NCBI GenBank assembly: GCA_963810095.1
Contig: CAWEMM010000006.1
Coordinates: forward strand, 928,001 to 992,000
Direction: 5' to 3'
Length of the DNA: 64,000 nt
From: an uncultured Chloroflexia bacterium
Lineage (GTDB): Bacteria; Chloroflexota; Anaerolineae; CG2-30-64-16
Shown here piece after piece: positions 32,478-42,977 of the stretch; positions within the stretch are counted from its first letter, which is position 1, and each line of letters starts with the position of its first letter. A program made the translations under genes and the position numbers. Under the pieces are notes generated by a model that was given only the letters and a program-made list of their open reading frames with translations, was not told the DNA's origin and ran no database searches.

Positions 32478-34721
32478 TCAGCGCACGCCCACGCTGCTGT
32501 AGCGCGCCAGCCAGAACCGCTTGCCATCCGAGATCACCTCGACCGCCGCGCGGGGATCGACACGCGTCACGCCAATTTCGCCCTGCAAGTACTCCACAAC
32601 GTCGGGCGGATAGGTCGTCTCCAGGGGCCAGAGGACAAGCTGCGGCCGTGCTGCGCTCAGGTAGGGCACGCCCGGCCACACGCCCGTGCCGGGCCCGGCC
32701 GCCTTGAGCACCGAGACAGGCGGCAGCGCCCCAAGGCTGTCCTGCGCACTGGTGGGCAGCGTCGATGGCAGCAGCAGGGTCAGCTCGCCGAACCGGAGCA
32801 GGAGCGCGGGCGCGCCGCTCGTCCCGAGCCGCGTCAGCTGCAGCCCGTCGCCCAGCGCCACCGTGCTCCCGGGGGCCAGCCCGGCGAGATCGATGCAGGC
32901 GCGCTGCGCCCAGGGGTTGGCGTCGCAGCGCGCCAGTACAACATCCGGCTCTCCCCGCACCCAGCCTCCCGCGCGCGTGGCCTCGACCAACGCCCCGCCA
33001 TCCCCGCGGCCATCCCAAAGCCAGGCCGTCCGGCCCGACGGCGCGACGATCACCGCAGCCTCCGTGTCGCCGGCCGGGACGAAGACGACGTGCAACTTCC
33101 CGTCGGGCTGGGCGCGCCAGACAAAAAAGACCAGGCAGGCGGGGACTGCGAATGCGGCGCTCCAGGCAAGCGCGCGCCGCATGTCGGGCTGTCGTCGCAG
33201 CGTGCGTGCGATCCGCGGAAGGACGAGCGCGAAGAGGAGCAAAAGGTAGTAAGCCGCGACGATCCCGGGGCCGATCCGCCCGATCTCGAGCGACGCAAAG
33301 GGGATCGCCGCAGCCGCCCGCACCGCTGCAACGGTGTAGCTCAGGAAGAGCCAGGGGACGGTGGCCACCGCCTGCCCGAAAGGCTGCCAGGCTGCACCGG
33401 CAAGGAGGGCCGCAATGCCGCCCGCCAGGATGGGCGGCTGGACCGGGAGGACCAGGGCGTTTGCCAGCAGCGACACGGGTGACAGGCTGCCGAAATAGTG
33501 CAGGATCAACGGCAGCACGGCGGCCTGTGCGGCGACCGTAACGATCAGGGTGCCGTCCAACACTCCGGTCCAGCGCCGCGTCTCACCTGGCGGCAGGCGC
33601 CGGCGGAGAGCCGCCGCGACCGCGTTGCTGAGGGGCCGGCTGAGGAGAATCAGGCCCAGGCTCGTCATAAAGCTCAATTGGAACCCGATGTCCCACAGGG
33701 TCAGTGGGTTAAGAGCGAGCATGACGAGCCCCGCCGCGCACAAGGAGACATAGGCGGTGCCGCGGCGGCCGAAGAACACCGCACCGAGCCCGAGCAGGCC
33801 CATCACACCGGCGCGCAGCGCGGGCGGATCGGCGCCGACCAGGAGCACGTACAGCAGCACGAGCGGCGCGGCCGCCAGGGCCGCCCGGCGCCGCGAGAGC
33901 ACTCGGCCCAGTGCCGCCACCAGCGCGCCGGCCAGCAGCGCAATGTTGCTGCCCGAGATGACGATCAGGTGGGTCGTGCCCGTCGCCTTGAAGGCCGCAT
34001 TCACCTCGGTCGAGATGCCGCCCTCGATGCCGAGCACCATGCCATTGGTCAGGCTCGCGGCCGGGTCGGGCATGATCCGGCCGGTGACCCCCGCCCCGCG
34101 GCTCCTTATACCGTACAGGGCCCGCCAGAACGCCTGGCCACCGCCCGAAGCCAGCCGTGCAACCTGTGGGCGCCGGACGAGCGTGTGGATGCCGCGGGCA
34201 GCGAGGAAGCGGCGGTAGTCGAACTCGTCCGAGACGGGCGGCTCGAGCAAGAGCCCGTCGACCCGCAGCCGGTCGCCATAAGCATAGACGGGGTAGCGGG
34301 GCGCCTCGACCAGAGCCGTCCCCGAAACGGCAAGTTCCTGTCCGGCCACCAGCAGCCGCTCGACGGCCAGCTGGTAACGCGTGCCCTTGTCCTGCACGTC
34401 GGGGAACCCCACGACTTCGCCTTCGAGCGTCGCCCGCACGCCCGCCTCAGACTGGTAGTAAGCCAGGTCGTGCGCCGACCAGCAGCGCTCGAACGGGTCC
34501 GCCGTGTAGCGCCAGAGGCCCAGGATGACGAAGAGCGCGATCGCGGCGGCCAGCGCACCGGGGGCGTGACGGCGCAAGAGGATTAGTAAAGCGAAAACGG
34601 ATGCCACGAGCGAGGGAAAAAGCCAGCCGGGCACAGCGCAGGCGAGGACACCCTCCGACCGAAGGACGTGACCGGCGAGGATGCCGACAGTGAAGCCAAC
34701 CGCGAGATAAACGAGGGCCAT
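32478..34721 (-). CDS. comEC: ComEC/Rec2 competence channel (OB + competence domain) with degenerate C-terminal MBL domain
   Basis: GTTHLIVISGSN, RAGVM, DIGFQLSF, LLAN; C-terminal region lacks HxDxDH. Confidence 0.88.
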   Translation of the reverse strand: MALVYLAVGFTVGILAGHVLRSEGVLACAVPGWLFPSLVASVFALLILLRRHAPGALAAAIALFVILGLWRYTADPFERCWSAHDLAYYQSEAGVRATLEGEVVGFPDVQDKGTRYQLAVERLLVAGQELAVSGTALVEAPRYPVYAYGDRLRVDGLLLEPPVSDEFDYRRFLAARGIHTLVRRPQVARLASGGGQAFWRALYGIRSRGAGVTGRIMPDPAASLTNGMVLGIEGGISTEVNAAFKATGTTHLIVISGSNIALLAGALVAALGRVLSRRRAALAAAPLVLLYVLLVGADPPALRAGVMGLLGLGAVFFGRRGTAYVSLCAAGLVMLALNPLTLWDIGFQLSFMTSLGLILLSRPLSNAVAAALRRRLPPGETRRWTGVLDGTLIVTVAAQAAVLPLILHYFGSLSPVSLLANALVLPVQPPILAGGIAALLAGAAWQPFGQAVATVPWLFLSYTVAAVRAAAAIPFASLEIGRIGPGIVAAYYLLLLFALVLPRIARTLRRQPDMRRALAWSAAFAVPACLVFFVWRAQPDGKLHVVFVPAGDTEAAVIVAPSGRTAWLWDGRGDGGALVEATRAGGWVRGEPDVVLARCDANPWAQRACIDLAGLAPGSTVALGDGLQLTRLGTSGAPALLLRFGELTLLLPSTLPTSAQDSLGALPPVSVLKAAGPGTGVWPGVPYLSAARPQLVLWPLETTYPPDVVEYLQGEIGVTRVDPRAAVEVISDGKRFWLARYSSVGVR

Positions 34722-34777
34722 GGCAAGGGGGCGACGCTGCCGCGTTGACGTGCCACGCCAAGCCATTTTACCGCCAG

Positions 34778-34806
34778 TTGAAAGGCGCTACAAGAGGCGC
34801 TATACT
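34778..34806 (+). promoter_or_regulatory. sigma70-type promoter
   Basis: TTGAAA-17 nt-TATACT upstream of 34929. Confidence 0.55.
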
Positions 34807-34928
34807 ACGCTGGTTGTTGCTAACCACTAAGAACCGAAGAAATGAAGGATCACAAAGTCTCGATAGCTTTACCACTTCGCGATGCTTTGATTCTTCATGT
34901 GAACATAGCCCACATCTGGAGACCACCT

Positions 34929-37249
34929 ATGTCCGACGACGGCAGCTACATCCCCAAGGTCCATCGCGTTCATATGATGCTGGGCGCCTACCCGATCCTC
35001 GGCGACGTGATGCGCGAGCGCATGCGTGAGGAACTGTTCCGCCGCGGCATTGTCACCCGCAAGCGCTTCGAGGATGAGGTCCGCGAGCGGGCCGTCGCTT
35101 CGCAGCGCCGCGAAGGGGTGCTCAACCCCTACCAGGACGAACCGTCTGACGTCTGGGAGCGCCGCCTGACGAAAATCCGCGATAACCTGACCGAGTTCTA
35201 TTGGGCCTACAACCTCAGCCCACAGCTCTTCGAAGAGCTGGCCGGCGAGGTACTGAACCAGCGGCCGACTGCGGAGAAGGCGCTGACGTTCAACCCCGAA
35301 ATGGCCTCGATGGAAATCCTGTTTCAGCAGATGGAGAACTATACGAAGCTTTCGCCCGGCGAGCAAGCCGCGCGCGGCATAACATGCAGGAGACCAAGGT
35401 TGTCCTCATCAAGGCCCTGATCAGCGACGAACTGGATTTCGTGCGGGTGGCGAAGGAATACCTGAGCTACGAAGACCTGGTGTCGATTCGCAACCACCGG
35501 GTCGGTCGCGGCAAGATCGGGGGTAAGGCGGCCGGCCTGGTGCTCGCCTGGAAGATCTTGCAGGTCACGCTCGACCGTTTCTGCGACACATGCCAGCACA
35601 TCGACCTGGTGATGCCGGAAACGTACTTCGTCGGCGCGGACGTCAGCTACGAATTCCTCGAGGTGAACGACCTGGTCCGCTATTTGAACCAGAAGTACAA
35701 AAGCATGGACCAGATCGAGGGCGACTACCCCGAAGTCCAGGCGGCCTACGGTCGCGGGCGCTTCCCGACCGACGTCATCGACCGCCTGACGGGCGTCCTT
35801 AACGAGGTCGGCCCACGACCCATGATCGTGCGGTCGTCCAGCCTGCTCGAAGATAATTTCGGCTTGTCGTTCGCGGGCATGTACGAGAGCATCTTCTGCC
35901 CCAACCAGGGCACGCCCCAGGAGAACCTGGACGCGCTCCTCAAGGCTATCGCGCGGGTCTACGCCAGCGTCTATAACCCCGACGTTCTGCTCTATCGCAA
36001 ACAGCAGAAGGTGCTGGACTTCGACGAGCGCATGGCGATTCTGCTGCAAGTAGTTCAGGGCGAGCGCTATCGTGACCTTTACTTCCCCGCGGCTGCGGGC
36101 GTGGCCTACAGCCGCAACCCGTTTGTCTGGAACCCGAAGCTGCGCCGGGAGGACGGCTTCACGCGGCTGGTCGTCGGCCTGGGCACCCGGGCCGTCGATC
36201 GGGTGGGCGAGGACTACCCGCGCATGGTCGCACTCAGCCACCCGAACCTGCGACCGGAAGCCGGCGCGAAAGACATCAAGTACTACTCGCAGTATTACAT
36301 GGACGTGATTAACCTGACGACCAACCGGATCGAAACCCTGCCCGTACAGGAAGTGCTGGGCAGCGATTACCCCGGCCTGCGGCTGCTCGCATCGCTCGAC
36401 AACGGCGACTACGTCAGCCCGATGGTCTCCATCGACCGCAGCCTCGATCCCCGCTCGCTCGTCATTACTATGGAGTCGCTGCTGACGCAGACCAGGTTTG
36501 CGAGCGACCTGAAAACCGTGCTGAAGGCGCTCGAGTTCAGTTACAGCCACCCGGTCGACATCGAATTCACCGTGGAGATCGGCCAGGAGTATCCCAAGCC
36601 GTCCGTCAAGCTGCACCTGTTGCAGTGCCGGCCGCACAGTAACCCGAACGAGAACGAACGGGTGACCATCCCCGACCGGATTCCCGAGCAGGACATCATT
36701 TTTGCCACCACCCAGCTCGTGCCCACCGGCCTGGTGCGTCAAATCGCCTACGTCGTCTACGCGGAGCCGGAGATGTACGCCGCCGCCAATCCAAGCCAGA
36801 AACTCGAGCTGGCGCGGCTGATCGGCCGGATCAACCAGCGGCTGGAAGGCAAGACGTTTATCCTGATGGGACCGGGCCGGTGGGGCAGCTCGAATCCGGA
36901 CCTGGGGCTAAAGGTGGGCTACGCCGACTTCTATAACACCCGAGCGCTTGTAGAGATCGGCTGGGGCAAGGGCAAGAACCGGCCCACGCTCTCATACGGG
37001 ACGCACTTCTTCCAGGACCTTGTGGAATCGCACATCTACCCGTTAGCCGTGTTCCCGGGCGAAGCGGGCAATCCCTTCAAGGCCAGTTTCTTCGCCGGCG
37101 CGCTCAATGCGCTGCCGGCGCTCTTGCCCGGCGATTCGGCGTGGAGCGACTACGTCAAGGTCATCGATGTGCCGGCCACGACGGGCGGCCGGCTGCTCGA
37201 GCTCGTCATGAGCGGCGACGAAGGGCGCGCGGTGGCCTACTTGGGCTGA
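34929..37249 (+). CDS. PEP/pyruvate-binding-domain protein (PEP synthase/PPDK N-terminal ATP-grasp-like; frameshift near 35375)
   Basis: GKIGGKAAGL, VRSSSLLED...FAG.Y.S, GLGTRAV, LLQCRP, GPGRWGS, SYGTHFFQDL. Confidence 0.82.
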
Positions 37250-37575
37250 CGCGGCGGCAAGCCGGTCACCGGGAGCAGGGCCGCCAACACCTTTCGTTCG
37301 TCGCTCAGGTCGCCGACGACGCTGGTGCGCGCGCCCGGCGCCAGGCGTACTAGCGTCGGCGTCACCAGGACGTTGTCGCTCAGCGCACGCAGCGGCTCTC
37401 TGAGGACGTCGACGATTTCCAGGCGGTAGCGGTCTCCGAAGTGCGCGGCGCAGAGCGCCCGCAGATTCTCGACTGCCCGCATCGAATTAGGCGCCACGCC
37501 CGTGATGTAGAGCCGCACGACCAACTCGCCTTCCTCAAGGCCGTCCGCGGGCGGTGAGGGATCCACGGGCCTCAT
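37237..37575 (-). CDS. kaiB: Circadian clock KaiB family protein
   Basis: RLYITG..PNSMRAVENL..LC...EIVDV...VTPTLVR...VGDLS. Confidence 0.9.
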   Translation of the reverse strand: MRPVDPSPPADGLEEGELVVRLYITGVAPNSMRAVENLRALCAAHFGDRYRLEIVDVLREPLRALSDNVLVTPTLVRLAPGARTSVVGDLSDERKVLAALLPVTGLPPRQPK

Positions 37576-39266
37576 GACGGCCTCACCGCGTCGCTGCGCC
37601 GACGGCGCAGCTTCTCCGTCTCCTCTGCTTTGCCGGCGCTGCTGCTCAGGTCATGCTCCCGCTCCAGTTGGCTGAGCTCCGCGGCGCGCGCCTCAGCCTC
37701 GCGGCTGAGCACTTCGATGCGTGCATTTGCCTCGATGACCGCTAGCTCGAGTCTCGCGACGTTTGCGCTCGAGCTCAGACTGCCGTCGTATGCCCTCGTT
37801 TCGTTCCTGCAGCTCGCGCTCCCAGCGCAGCGTGCCCATCAAGACCGCGCCGCCGACTGAATAGACGTCTGACAGGGTGATGCCCTCGCCGGTCAAAATC
37901 AGCTCGCGCACCTGGTTCGAATGACTCGTGCCGCGCGACTTGATGATCGTGAGCGCCCGGTTGCGTTCGCCACCTTGGACGAGATAGGAAAGGTGGATCC
38001 ATGTGTCGGCAATCGTGGAGATCGCGAGCGGCGAACTCTCCTGCGACGGGTCCGAGCCCTCCAGCAAGCTCGTAAACACGGAAGTGATCCCGGAGGCTTT
38101 TGTCAGCGCCAGGAGGCGGCTGGCAACGCTCAGCGCATTCAGATGCCCTCCCGCCTTGATCATCGCCGATAACGGATCGACCACGAGGCAGCGGGGCTCG
38201 TGATTGCGGATGATGTTGCGGAGCTGGATCAGGTGTTCCTCGGCCGTACCCGTTTCCGTCCGGTCCGCATACAGGCAGAGCAGGCCGCTGTCGACGTATT
38301 GCTGCAGCTCCACGTTGATCGAAGCCATGTTGCGCACGATTTCGGCAGTTGCCTCGTCGAAGCTGATTAGCACGGTGCGCTCGCCCCGGGCGCATGCCGC
38401 GGCCGCAAAGCATGCGGCGAGCGATGACTTCGCCGTCCCCGGCGCCCCGGTGATTAGCACGCTCGTCCCCCGCAGGTATCCGCCGCCGAACATGGTGTCC
38501 AGTCGCTCGACCCCGGTCGAAATCCGCTCGGTCGACACCTGCACTTCGGGCGCGTCCATCCCGAACGCGGCAACCTCGATCCCCGTTTGGCCGATGACGA
38601 AAGGAAACTCATTGCCCCGGAAGCTAGAGCCGCGGTATTTCAAGACGCGGAGCTCGCGCAGGGCCACACGCTCCGTCATCGCGCGTTGCCAGCTGCACGG
38701 TGCAGTCCGTCGTATACTGGATGAAGCCGAAGCGCTGCGTGTCGGGCGAGGTCAGAGGGTCGCCCCGGGTGGTGATGATGCCAGTCAGCCCGGTGCGATT
38801 CAGCCACTCGTGCAGCCGGTAGATCTCCTGCCGCTCACTCAGCGGATCGTTCATCAGCGTGAGCAGCACGTCGATCGAGTCGAACACGACGCGCCGTGCG
38901 CCCATCTCGCTGCGCCTTGGCGTCGAGGCTCGCCAGCATCCCTGCCAGGTCGAACGGACCGGCGCGAACGGTGTCCACCGACATCCGCGCATCCAGAAAG
39001 AAAAGCCGGTTCTTCGCCAGCTCGTCCAGGTCCCAGCCGAACGAGGCCGCATTCGTGATGATCTGCTCCGAGTTCTCCTCGAACGCGACGAAGATACCCG
39101 GCTCCTGCCACTGCCTGGCGCCGTTCACCAGCGTCTGCAGCGCGAAGACCGTCTTGCCGCTCCCCGGTGCGCCGATAATGAGCGAGGTCCGGCCCCGCGG
39201 CAGCCCCCCGAACGTAATCTCATCGAACCCCTCGATGCCGGTCGGCGCTTTTTCGAATTCGTGCAT
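37572..39266 (-). CDS. kaiC: Circadian clock KaiC family double-domain ATPase (frameshifts near 38910, 38685, 37750)
   Basis: PTGIEGFDEIT.GGLP, GAPGSGKT, FEE, VFDS; second domain STG, GAPGTAKS, SFDE, ISTIADTW, KSRG..HSNQVRE. Confidence 0.9.
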
Positions 39267-39279
39267 GCAGCGCACCTCT

Positions 39280-40690
39280 CTATTGGCGGCCCCCGTTGGC
39301 ACACGGCGGCTGATGCGGTGAAGTGTCGGTATCACCAGCGAATGGAACGAAGACCGTAACGCGGGTCCCTTGCCCGGGGCCGGTGTCGAGGTCAAACCGG
39401 GCGCCCAACTCCAGTGCCCGTTCGCGCATGGACTGCAAGCCGTAGTGCCCCGGCCGCAGGTGTCCCGGCTCAAACCCGATCCCGTCGTCCGCGATCTCCA
39501 GCCGCAATCCCCCCTGCACTGCGGCAAGCCGGAGGCCCACCTGATTGGCCCGCGCGTGCTTCAACGCATTGTGCAGCGCCTCGCGCGCGATTCCGTACAG
39601 GGCTTCCTTGCAGGCCGCCCCCAAGGCCGGCTCCTCGCAGAGACTCGTGGTCACCGCCAGGCCGTGTCGCTGCCGCAGAAACTGCGCTCGCTCGAGCAGC
39701 GCGTTGACAAGCCCGTTGCGCTTAATCGAATCGTCGCGAAGGTCAAACAACAAGGCTCGCAAATCGGCTTGCGCCGCGCCGGTAAGAACCTGGACGTTGT
39801 CCAGGGCGCGTTCGACCCGGCCGAGGTCCTTGTGGAGGTTCGCCTTGCCCGCCGTGACGGCCAGGATGATCGCATACAGGGCCTGGGATACCGAGTCGTG
39901 CAGGTCCCGTGCCAGGCGATTGCGCTCCTGGAGCGCGGCGGCCTGGCGTACCTGCTCGTACAGATGCACCCGCTCGAGCACGGCCGCACTTTGTTGGGCG
40001 AGCACCAGCATGAACGCCCGGTCGGCGATCGGCAAGGGCTGCGGAACGTCGAACCGGAAGCCCAACACACCCAGCACCCGACCCTCCGCAATCAACGGGA
40101 TCACCGCCAAGGCCCCGGCCTCGCTCCACCCGGGAGTCGCCCACGACGCGTACCGCCCGCGCAGGTCGCCCGGCGTCTCAATCCACAGCGATTGCGCCGT
40201 GGCTGCGACCTCTCCGAACGGCGACGAGTCGTCGAGCGCGACCGGCCCCATGGGGGGGCCGTCGCCCCCCGGTACGACGACCGGCTCGAGGGTCCCGCCA
40301 TCGACCACCAGCAGCATCACGCCGGCGTCGGCCCCCAGCGCCGGCAGCGCCTGATCGATGACCACATGAGCGGCCTGCGACTGGGTCGAGTGCAACCGAC
40401 AACGTCGTATTGATTGCGTAGAGCCGGGTGGTCCGCTCGGCCGACCAAATGAGGGTGTCCGCTTCGGGCGGGCCGGCGAGGGGTGGCTGGCCGGTCGGAC
40501 CCTCGCCAAGCTCCGTCGCGCTCAGCCGTTCCTCGAGCTGGGCGAGGGTCGCACGCAAGACGCGCAATGTCCTCGGCAGCCATAGAGCGCGGGGCCTCGC
40601 TCGAGGCGCCAAGTGCATCGTACAGCGCGAGTGCTTGCGCGTTGAGGGCGCCGACCTGGCGGCGGATCGAATCCTGATCCACGACAAATC
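39280..40690 (-). CDS. GAF-domain sensor histidine kinase (HisKA_3/NarX type); 5' part frameshifted, start approximate
   Basis: ERNRLARDLHDSVSQ, EALHNALKHA, DDGIGF, GLQSMRERA, GQGT; GAF region upstream. Confidence 0.85.
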
Positions 40691-40828
40691 CCAACAAACT
40701 TTAGCGATAGCTATCGACAACCACTTTTCCACAGTGTATGCGCGCCGCGAGTGAAATGCAAGGGGCATTTGCGGTATACTAGCGCTTACGGGATCTTCGA
40801 GCTCCGAGCACAGTAGGATGTGGGGACA

Positions 40829-42121
40829 ATGGGACAGACTGTCGAACTTACGCTGGATGCCATCGCCCACGGCGGCGAGGCCATCGGCAGGTATGCCGGC
40901 AAGAGCATTTTCGTGCCTTACGCCATACCGGGCGAGCAGGTGCAAGTGGAAATCGTCGAAGAAAAGGAACGCTGGGGCCGCGCCCGCCTGCTGAAGGTCC
41001 TGCGCGCCAGCCCGGATCGGGTCGAACCGCCCTGCCCTTACTTCGGGCCCGACAAGTGCGGCGGCTGCCAGTGGCAGCACATCGCCTACCCCCGGCAGGC
41101 CGAGCTGAAACAGGCGATCGTGGCCGATCAACTCCGCCGGCTCGGCCGCATTGGGCAGCCGAACGTCGCAGACACGGTCGCGCTCGGCCGACCCGGAAGC
41201 CGGGGGGGACGAGGTCGCCTACCTGGCGTATGGCTACCGCAACCAGATCGAGTTTGCGGTTGCTGGCGGGCAGACCGCCCTTCGCCGCACCGACGGTCAC
41301 TCACCCATTCCGGTCGACTTCTGCCTGCTGGTCGACGACCGCATCGACCAACTCCACACCGCGCTTCAGGTCGACTATCCTGAGCTGTCCGCCATCCGGA
41401 TTCGGGCCGGCGAGAGCACGGACGACGCCCTGGTTCTGTTCGACGTCGGGGCCGGACCCTCTGCCGCGGACGCGCCCGAGATCGAGATTCGACCTGCCGG
41501 CCGCGGTGGCGCTGCGCGGCGAACGCGGCGTCCAGCCGCTCATCGGCGACCCGTTCGTCTCGGAAACGATCAACGGCTTCTCCTATCGTATCTCAGCCCT
41601 GAGCTACTTCCCACCCAACAGCGCGGGAGCCGCGGCGCTGGTCGACGTGGTGCTCGGGTACGCGAATGTTCGGCCGGGCGACGCAGTTCTCGACGCGTAT
41701 TGCAGCGTTGGGCTCTTCTCCATCCCGCTGGCAGATGCGGGCGCGGCCGTGACGGGCGTCGAATCGAACGCGGCGGCGTGCGAGGACTTCGCAGCCAACG
41801 CGGCCGCGCTGCCCCGAGCGCGCCAACCTCGAGCTGCACGAAGGCACGGTGGAAGAGGTGTTGCCCATCCTCGCCGCCGCAGAACAGCGCTTCCAGGTCG
41901 TCATCCTCGACCCGCCGCGCACCGGGGCCGGCCCCGACGTCCTGCGCCTGATTGCCGGCCTCGAGCCGCTGCGGGTGGTCTATGTCGCAAGCGACCCCGC
42001 CAGCCTGGCCCGCGACGGGCTGCACCTGACTGCGCTGGGCTATCACCTCGTCGAGGCCCAACCCATCGACCTTCAGCCGCAGACCTTCCGCGTCGACACG
42101 GTCGCGCTCTGGGAACGCTAG
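40829..42121 (+). CDS. TRAM-domain RNA (uracil-5)-methyltransferase, RlmD/TrmA family (several frameshifts)
   Basis: PCPYFG..CGGCQWQH, YRN, LDAYC.VG, ILDPPR.G, YVASDP. Confidence 0.85.
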
Positions 42122-42127
42122 AGCATT

Positions 42128-42209
42128 GGACGCAGACTTAACCGCTCGAACAGATTAATCCTTGCTTGAAGAATCATGCGGATCAGTTGGATCAGTTCAA
42201 TCTGCGTCC
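42128..42209. repeat. Palindromic element, family 1 (copy D, divergent)
   Basis: ggacgcaga...gatcagttggatcagttcaatctgcgtcc. Confidence 0.65.
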
Positions 42210-42241
42210 TGTTCCCCGACTCGTGGAATCACAGGCGTTAT

Positions 42242-42271
42242 TTGCCGCCCCCCTCCGACCGTGGTATACTC
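42242..42271 (+). promoter_or_regulatory. rpsO promoter
   Basis: TTGCCG...TGGTATACT (extended -10). Confidence 0.55.
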
Positions 42272-42347
42272 CGTTCCGTTAACTGACTGAAACACTCGCC
42301 CCGGTATTCCAGCGGTGTTCCGGTTACATTCATCAAGGAGTGTTCCG

Positions 42348-42617
42348 ATGGGTCTTTCGACGATTGAGAAAAATGCCATCATCCAGGAATACCACGTGCA
42401 CGCCAGTGATACGGGGTCCCCTGAGGTGCAGGTGGCCATCCTCACGACGCGCATCAACGCGCTGATTGATCACTTGAAGACGCACAAGCACGATCAGTCT
42501 TCGCGGCGTGGTCTGTTGAAGCTGGTCGGCCAACGGCGCCGGCATCTGGCGTATTTGAGCAGCAAGAATCCGGACCGCTACCAGGAGCTGATTCAGCGCC
42601 TGGGCCTGCGCAAGTAA
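42348..42617 (+). CDS. rpsO: 30S ribosomal protein S15
   Basis: [15 protein letters not shown]...[18 protein letters not shown]; RBS aaggag. Confidence 0.97.
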   Translation: MGLSTIEKNAIIQEYHVHASDTGSPEVQVAILTTRINALIDHLKTHKHDQSSRRGLLKLVGQRRRHLAYLSSKNPDRYQELIQRLGLRK

Positions 42618-42777
42618 TTGCTGCATAAGCAGCGGGCAAGGCAAAGGTTCTGAACGTAGATCGTAAGCGTTCCCATTGACGAGTAGATGCGACTTGTCGT
42701 ATCTGCTCGTTTGTCGTTAAGCTTAGTCCGGTGCTCGGGCGGGGCTCAGCCTTGCCCCGGCGCCCTGGCAGACCGTG

Positions 42778-42853
42778 CCGGAAGGCGCAGGAATTGGGGA
42801 GTGAGGCGGAACACGGCGTTCCGAAGCACTCCCCAGTCCCTGAACCTCTCCGG
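42778..42853 (+). promoter_or_regulatory. Long stem-loop in the pnp leader (candidate RNase III processing site)
   Basis: ccggaagg..cagg.attggggagtg pairs with cactccccagt.cctg..cc.tccgg. Confidence 0.55.
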
Positions 42854-42977
42854 CTGATATCATCCAGGAGAAGCGCGCCTTGCCTTCTCCATTTACGGCA
42901 ACCCCTGGGGTCCCAGGGGGCCCCTGGCGTACCCAGGGGGCGTCCTGGCACGGCCAGGAGAGAGGTTCCAGTCCTAG

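Noticed and set aside
42731-42977. Long N-terminal extension of PNPase
   Set aside because: Produced by the frameshift near 43110; the true N-terminus [20 protein letters not shown] starts at 42978.
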